56,408 nucleotides of DNA from Candidatus Pacearchaeota archaeon CG_4_10_14_0_2_um_filter_35_33 (GTDB lineage: Archaea; Nanobdellota; Nanobdellia; Pacearchaeales; GW2011-AR1). Within the stretch, counting starts at the first letter, position 1, and every line of letters starts with the position of its first letter. The stretch lies in contig PFOR01000013.1 of the NCBI GenBank assembly GCA_002792635.1, positions 1-56,408 on the forward strand, in the 5' to 3' direction. The notes under the pieces are model-generated. The model worked only from the letters and a program-made list of their open reading frames with translations. It made no database searches and was not told the DNA's origin. Shown here in pieces: positions 52,657 to 56,408 of the stretch. The position numbers and the translations under genes are program-made.

Positions 52657-53559
52657 ATGAAAGTCAAGACAACTTTCTTAGGAACATCAACTGCAATTCC
52701 CACAAAAACAAGAAATCACCCAGCCATGCTCATCTCTTTTCTAAATGAAAATATCCTAGTAGACTGTGGAGAAGGAACACAAAGACAATTCCAAAAAGCT
52801 AAAATTAATTCATGCAAGCTCACAAGGATATTAATAACGCACTGGCATGCAGACCACATAGCAGGCCTCCCAACACTATTGGAAACGTTGGCAATGTCTG
52901 AATATTCTAAAACCCTTTACATCTATGGACCCAAGGGAACAAAACAAAAGTTCAAAGCCCTTGAGGCCATATACGGAAGAATAAGAATCAATCACAAGAT
53001 AAAAGAGGTTTCAGGACAATTTTTCAAAAACAATGACTTTGTATTAGAGGCCACTCCAATGCAACACGGGATTGCAGCAAACGCCTATTCAATCACGCTA
53101 AAAGACAAAACACGATTAGACAAAAATAAATTGAAAAAACTAAAACTGCCCAATTCCTCAGTCCTAAAAAAACTTCAAGAAGGAAAAGACATAACCCATA
53201 ACAAGAAAAAAATCAAAGCCAAAGATGTAACCTATACTGAACCAGGAAAAAAAATAACAGTCATTCTTGATACAAAGTTCAATCAAAAAGCAATCACATT
53301 AGCAAAAGACTCGGACTTATTAATAACAGAAGCCTCATTTCTTGCAAATTCCAAAAAGGGAAAAGAAAAAGCTAAACTTTACAAGCACTTAACAGCAAAA
53401 CAAGCAGCAATTATCGCCAAAAGGTCAAAGTCAAAAAAACTTGCGCTTATTCACATCTCTAGAAGATACGAAAAATCACTTTCCAAGATAGAAAAAGAAG
53501 CCAAAGCTACATTCAAACACACAATAATACCTGATGATTTAGATAAAATGGAAATTTAA
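52657..53559 (+). CDS. rnz: Ribonuclease Z (tRNA 3' endonuclease)
   Basis: Metallo-beta-lactamase LITHWHADHIAGL. Short-form length. ..LIHISRRY. Confidence 0.85.
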   Translation: MKVKTTFLGTSTAIPTKTRNHPAMLISFLNENILVDCGEGTQRQFQKAKINSCKLTRILITHWHADHIAGLPTLLETLAMSEYSKTLYIYGPKGTKQKFKALEAIYGRIRINHKIKEVSGQFFKNNDFVLEATPMQHGIAANAYSITLKDKTRLDKNKLKKLKLPNSSVLKKLQEGKDITHNKKKIKAKDVTYTEPGKKITVILDTKFNQKAITLAKDSDLLITEASFLANSKKGKEKAKLYKHLTAKQAAIIAKRSKSKKLALIHISRRYEKSLSKIEKEAKATFKHTIIPDDLDKMEI

Positions 53560-53801
53560 TCCAGATTAGTTCCAGCAGGAGAAATAAAGATTATTGTATC
53601 TCCTCTCAAGAACGTTAATCCAAGATTCTTCTTAACTTCTCCATCTTTCATTTCCTTCGTATTATCAAGAACGATGTTTATGTGAATGTCAAAAGCCATC
53701 AGAGTTCCAACAAACTGTTTCTCGTTCTTCAGTTGTATTAGAACTTCTTTTCCCTTCGACACATTCAACAAATCCAAAGGTCTTTCAATTCCGTTCGCCA
53801 T
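53556..53801 (-). CDS. Sm-like archaeal protein (LSm/SmAP)
   Basis: Sm1 KEVLIQLKNEKQFVGTLMAFDIHINIVL, Sm2 LTFLRGDTIIFISP. Confidence 0.9.
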   Translation of the reverse strand: MANGIERPLDLLNVSKGKEVLIQLKNEKQFVGTLMAFDIHINIVLDNTKEMKDGEVKKNLGLTFLRGDTIIFISPAGTNLD

Positions 53802-53891
53802 GTTGTGTTCTTATTTTATGAGTATTTAAACATTTCTCTTTAACGACAATTAAAAGCAAATCTTTTTAAACCAATCAGAACAAAATAGGAT

Positions 53892-54260
53892 ATGAATAAG
53901 GGAAGAAAGATAACAAGCGGAAAATATCACGCAAATAGAAAGAAAAAGAAGTACGAAAGAAAAGGTATTGTCAACAAAACATCAGTTGGCGAAACAAAAA
54001 AGAAAACAAAAAGAGGAAAGGGTGGACACAAAAAGACAATTATCTTAAGAACTAATACTGCAAACATCAAATCAGGAAACAAAGTCCAAAAAACAGAAAT
54101 CAAAAACGTTGTTGAAACCCCTCAAAACAGATTCCTTGCCAGACAGAACAGATTAATGAAAGGTTCAATTATAGAAACATCTCTTGGAAAAGCCAAGATT
54201 ACCAACAGACCGAGCCAAGAAGGTTGTGTGAATGCCGTCCTAATTAAGGATAAAGAATAA
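53892..54260 (+). CDS. rps8e: Ribosomal protein eS8
   Basis: GRKITSGKYHANRKKKKYE.. and C-terminal ..AKITNRPSQEGCVNAVLI. Confidence 0.9.
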   Translation: MNKGRKITSGKYHANRKKKKYERKGIVNKTSVGETKKKTKRGKGGHKKTIILRTNTANIKSGNKVQKTEIKNVVETPQNRFLARQNRLMKGSIIETSLGKAKITNRPSQEGCVNAVLIKDKE

Positions 54261-54327
54261 ACCAAAAGATTTAAATACCATATCTTGCGTAACTCTTTTT
54301 AAACCTTATGGTTAGTGTTTTTTAATA

Positions 54328-55251
54328 ATGAGTCACGTAAAAAGTTGCCCGGAATGCGAAAGTATAGATTTAACGTATGATGATCAAAAAGGCGAAATCA
54401 TTTGTAACGACTGTGGTCTAATTGTAGAAGATAAAATGGTTGATACCGGTCAGGAAGCCGGAGGACAATTCGATAAATCTGAAAAGAAAGGCCGTGGTGG
54501 AGCCCCATTATCAATGCAAAAATTCGACAAAGGGCTAACAACAAACGTCGGAGAAATCTCAGACATCTATCGCCTAGAATCAGGACAAACAAGAAAATTC
54601 TTAAGATTGAAAAAATGGCAAGAAAGAGTTTCCACATCAATTGAAAGAAATCTCCGTTTAGCCATGGCCGAATTAAGAAGAGTCTCCTCATTCTTATCAC
54701 TCCCATCCGTAGTAAGGGACGAAGCATCAAGAGTTTACAATTTCGTTCTTCAACGTGGTCTAGTAAGAGGAAGATCAATGGAATCTGTTATCGCTGCCTG
54801 TATCTACGCCGCATGCCGTTCATATAACATCCCAAGAACATTAGATGAAATCGCAGTAGCATCAGACGTGCCAAGAAAAGAAATTGGAAGAACATACAGA
54901 TTTATTATTAGAAAATTAGGAATTAAAGTAAAGCCATCATCTCCTAAAGATTATATCTCAAGATTTTCTAGCATCCTTCATTTATCACCAAAAACGCAAA
55001 ATGAAGCTCTTAAAGTTTTAAAGAAAGCTGACGTCTCCGAATTAACTTCAGGAAGAGGGCCTGCAGGAATTGCAGCTGCAGCCCTATATGTAGCAGCATT
55101 AATGAATGATGAAAAGAAAACACAAAGAGAAGTCGCAGATGTTGCCGGAATCACAGAAGTTACAATTAGAAATAGATACAAAGAATTAATAGACAGACTA
55201 GGAATAGAAGACAAATTGAAACAAAAAGAATCTGAATCCAAAAAAAAATAA
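54328..55251 (+). CDS. tfb: Transcription initiation factor IIB (TFB)
   Basis: Zinc ribbon CPEC..CNDCGLIVED, B-reader/linker, two cyclin-fold repeats (..RGRSMESVIAACIYAACR.. / ..GRGPAGIAAAALYVAA..). Confidence 0.95.
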   Translation: MSHVKSCPECESIDLTYDDQKGEIICNDCGLIVEDKMVDTGQEAGGQFDKSEKKGRGGAPLSMQKFDKGLTTNVGEISDIYRLESGQTRKFLRLKKWQERVSTSIERNLRLAMAELRRVSSFLSLPSVVRDEASRVYNFVLQRGLVRGRSMESVIAACIYAACRSYNIPRTLDEIAVASDVPRKEIGRTYRFIIRKLGIKVKPSSPKDYISRFSSILHLSPKTQNEALKVLKKADVSELTSGRGPAGIAAAALYVAALMNDEKKTQREVADVAGITEVTIRNRYKELIDRLGIEDKLKQKESESKKK

Positions 55252-55332
55252 TTCTAAAACATTAACTTTAAAACCACAATTATTTTAGTTTCCTTGAGAG
55301 TCTAAGACTATTATAGTTTTTGGAACTCTTAG

Positions 55333-55355
55333 AAACCTTTTTTCTAAAAAGGTTT
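55333..55355 (+). other. Perfect 10-bp stem / 3-nt loop hairpin between tfb and tRNA-Leu
   Basis: aaaccttttt-tct-aaaaaggttt. Ends 5 nt before the tRNA 5' end. Confidence 0.5.
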
Positions 55356-55359
55356 GTAA

Positions 55360-55442
55360 GCGGGGGTACCGAAGTGGTCAAACGGGCCGGGTTTAGGCCC
55401 CGGGGCTTAGTGCCTGCCTAGGTTCGAATCCTAGTCCCCGCA
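55360..55442 (+). tRNA. tRNA-Leu(TAG), long variable arm
   Basis: GCGGGGG..CCGGG-TTTAGGC-CCCGG, variable arm, CTAGG-TTCGAAT-CCTAG-TCCCCGC-A. Confidence 0.85.
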
Positions 55443-56386
55443 TTTCTACCCTTTTTAAGAAAAATCAGGTTTCCAAGAACCTTTGCATTATTTAATTCGG
55501 TGCAATATATCTCCTTCTTCGGGTGTGATTCCTTGCATTTCTGAAGGTTAATCTCAATTATAGAATTTTTAAAGGTGCCAATCTCATCATCAAACAAGAT
55601 ATCTCTTTCAAAAAACTTATTGTCCCGAATAATCATATCGGTAGAAGATGTTGAATCAAATATCAGAAAATAATCCCTATTCCTCTTAACTTCATAAGGG
55701 GAGTTTTTGTAATCTCCAGGATTTGAAAGAAGATTAACATAAGGTTCGTTATCAATAGCCTCCAAAAAATTTTTAATCACCGAATTATTTTTAATCACCG
55801 AATTATATAGATTAGTAGAAGAAAAAATCCACACATCTCCTCTTAAACGATTACCAAAGTTCTCGCTCAGAACCGTTCCAACCACCTTAGGCTGATATTC
55901 GCCCACAAAAACACTGATAGCTTCCCCTATCCGATTTTCAAAATAAATTCCTGTATATATATCGCCCAAATAAATTTCATCCTTATTATCCTTATATATA
56001 ATGTTATAGTCTTCTATGGTTTTTTCCTGCCCGTCATCCACTCCATCATTAGAAGTATCTGTCTCTTGCCCATTCCCACCCCCTCCATTATTCCCAGAAA
56101 TACCTGTCTGCTCATTCCCAGAACTACCTGCTGGGGTCTCCTCGGCGAGTTGCTCTTTTCTCGCAGCATCATTTGTAGAGATTATATTCCTATCATCAAC
56201 CCTGAATTTCCCGAGATAATCTATTATGCCTTCATCAACACCTTTATCTTTTAATAATTTCTGCCCCGAAGAAGTGATCTCGGCAACCCCCTTGTCAGGA
56301 TCATAATTACCAACATTTTCCTCCCTCCACCCCCAATGAAGTCCCATAAACATAATCTCCCTATGAAACATCAACTTATCCCCCAT
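55418..56386 (-). CDS. Hypothetical protein with Gly/Asn/Asp-rich linker
   Basis: ORF only. Its last 8 codons overlap the tRNA-Leu 3' end on the opposite strand. Internal 18-nt tandem duplication (NSVIKN x2). Confidence 0.4.
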   Translation of the reverse strand: MGDKLMFHREIMFMGLHWGWREENVGNYDPDKGVAEITSSGQKLLKDKGVDEGIIDYLGKFRVDDRNIISTNDAARKEQLAEETPAGSSGNEQTGISGNNGGGGNGQETDTSNDGVDDGQEKTIEDYNIIYKDNKDEIYLGDIYTGIYFENRIGEAISVFVGEYQPKVVGTVLSENFGNRLRGDVWIFSSTNLYNSVIKNNSVIKNFLEAIDNEPYVNLLSNPGDYKNSPYEVKRNRDYFLIFDSTSSTDMIIRDNKFFERDILFDDEIGTFKNSIIEINLQKCKESHPKKEIYCTELNNAKVLGNLIFLKKGRNAGTRIRT

Positions 56387-56408
56387 TAGATATAATCCTG
56401 TCGGCTTA

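Noticed and set aside
55775-55810. 18-nt tandem duplication (ttttaatcaccgaattat x2)
   Set aside because: A small in-frame duplication (NSVIKN x2) inside a hypothetical gene. Likely simple replication slippage, with no further signal.

Overview
AT-rich (roughly one-third GC by eye), tightly packed archaeal chromosome segment, best explained as a small-genome DPANN-type archaeon. Archaeal information-processing genes are present: FEN-1, TFB, TFE-alpha, Alba, LSm, eS17, eS8, EndA, RNase Z and ScpB. They sit beside bacterial-type enzymes: a family-B polymerase collinear with E. coli Pol II, a bacterial-type LeuRS and a short bacterial-type AlaRS. I found four tRNAs (Met-CAT, Cys-GCA, Arg-TCT, Leu-TAG) and no rRNA or CRISPR array. 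Main accessory content: (1) A 6.0-kb transposon (31214..37224) with imperfect terminal inverted repeats, duplicated subterminal motifs and a perfect 9-bp target-site duplication. It carries a SWIM/zinc-ribbon/DDE transposase, three small genes and a complete type III restriction-modification system. (2) A five-gene cell-surface operon (13635..20402). It is headed by a 1099-aa two-TM protein with a roughly 800-aa extracellular lectin/beta-helix region and two cytoplasmic HTH modules, and is preceded by a perfect 20-bp x ~5.75 tandem array just upstream of its promoter. (3) A second giant surface protein (1036 aa) with an N-terminal ribbon-helix-helix-like module fused to its signal anchor and a perfect 258-nt internal tandem duplication. 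(4) An extracytoplasmic thiol-redox cluster (VKOR-like, DoxX, cupredoxin-like, DUF3179, CcdA, TlpA-like), part of which is bracketed by 114-nt, ~96 % identical direct repeats. (5) Decay or variation hot spots around tRNA genes: a surface-protein gene split at a G7 tract, a LAGLIDADG remnant, a transposase fragment, and a RelE toxin with a stop-interrupted antitoxin. All functional calls come from motif recognition by eye and need database confirmation.
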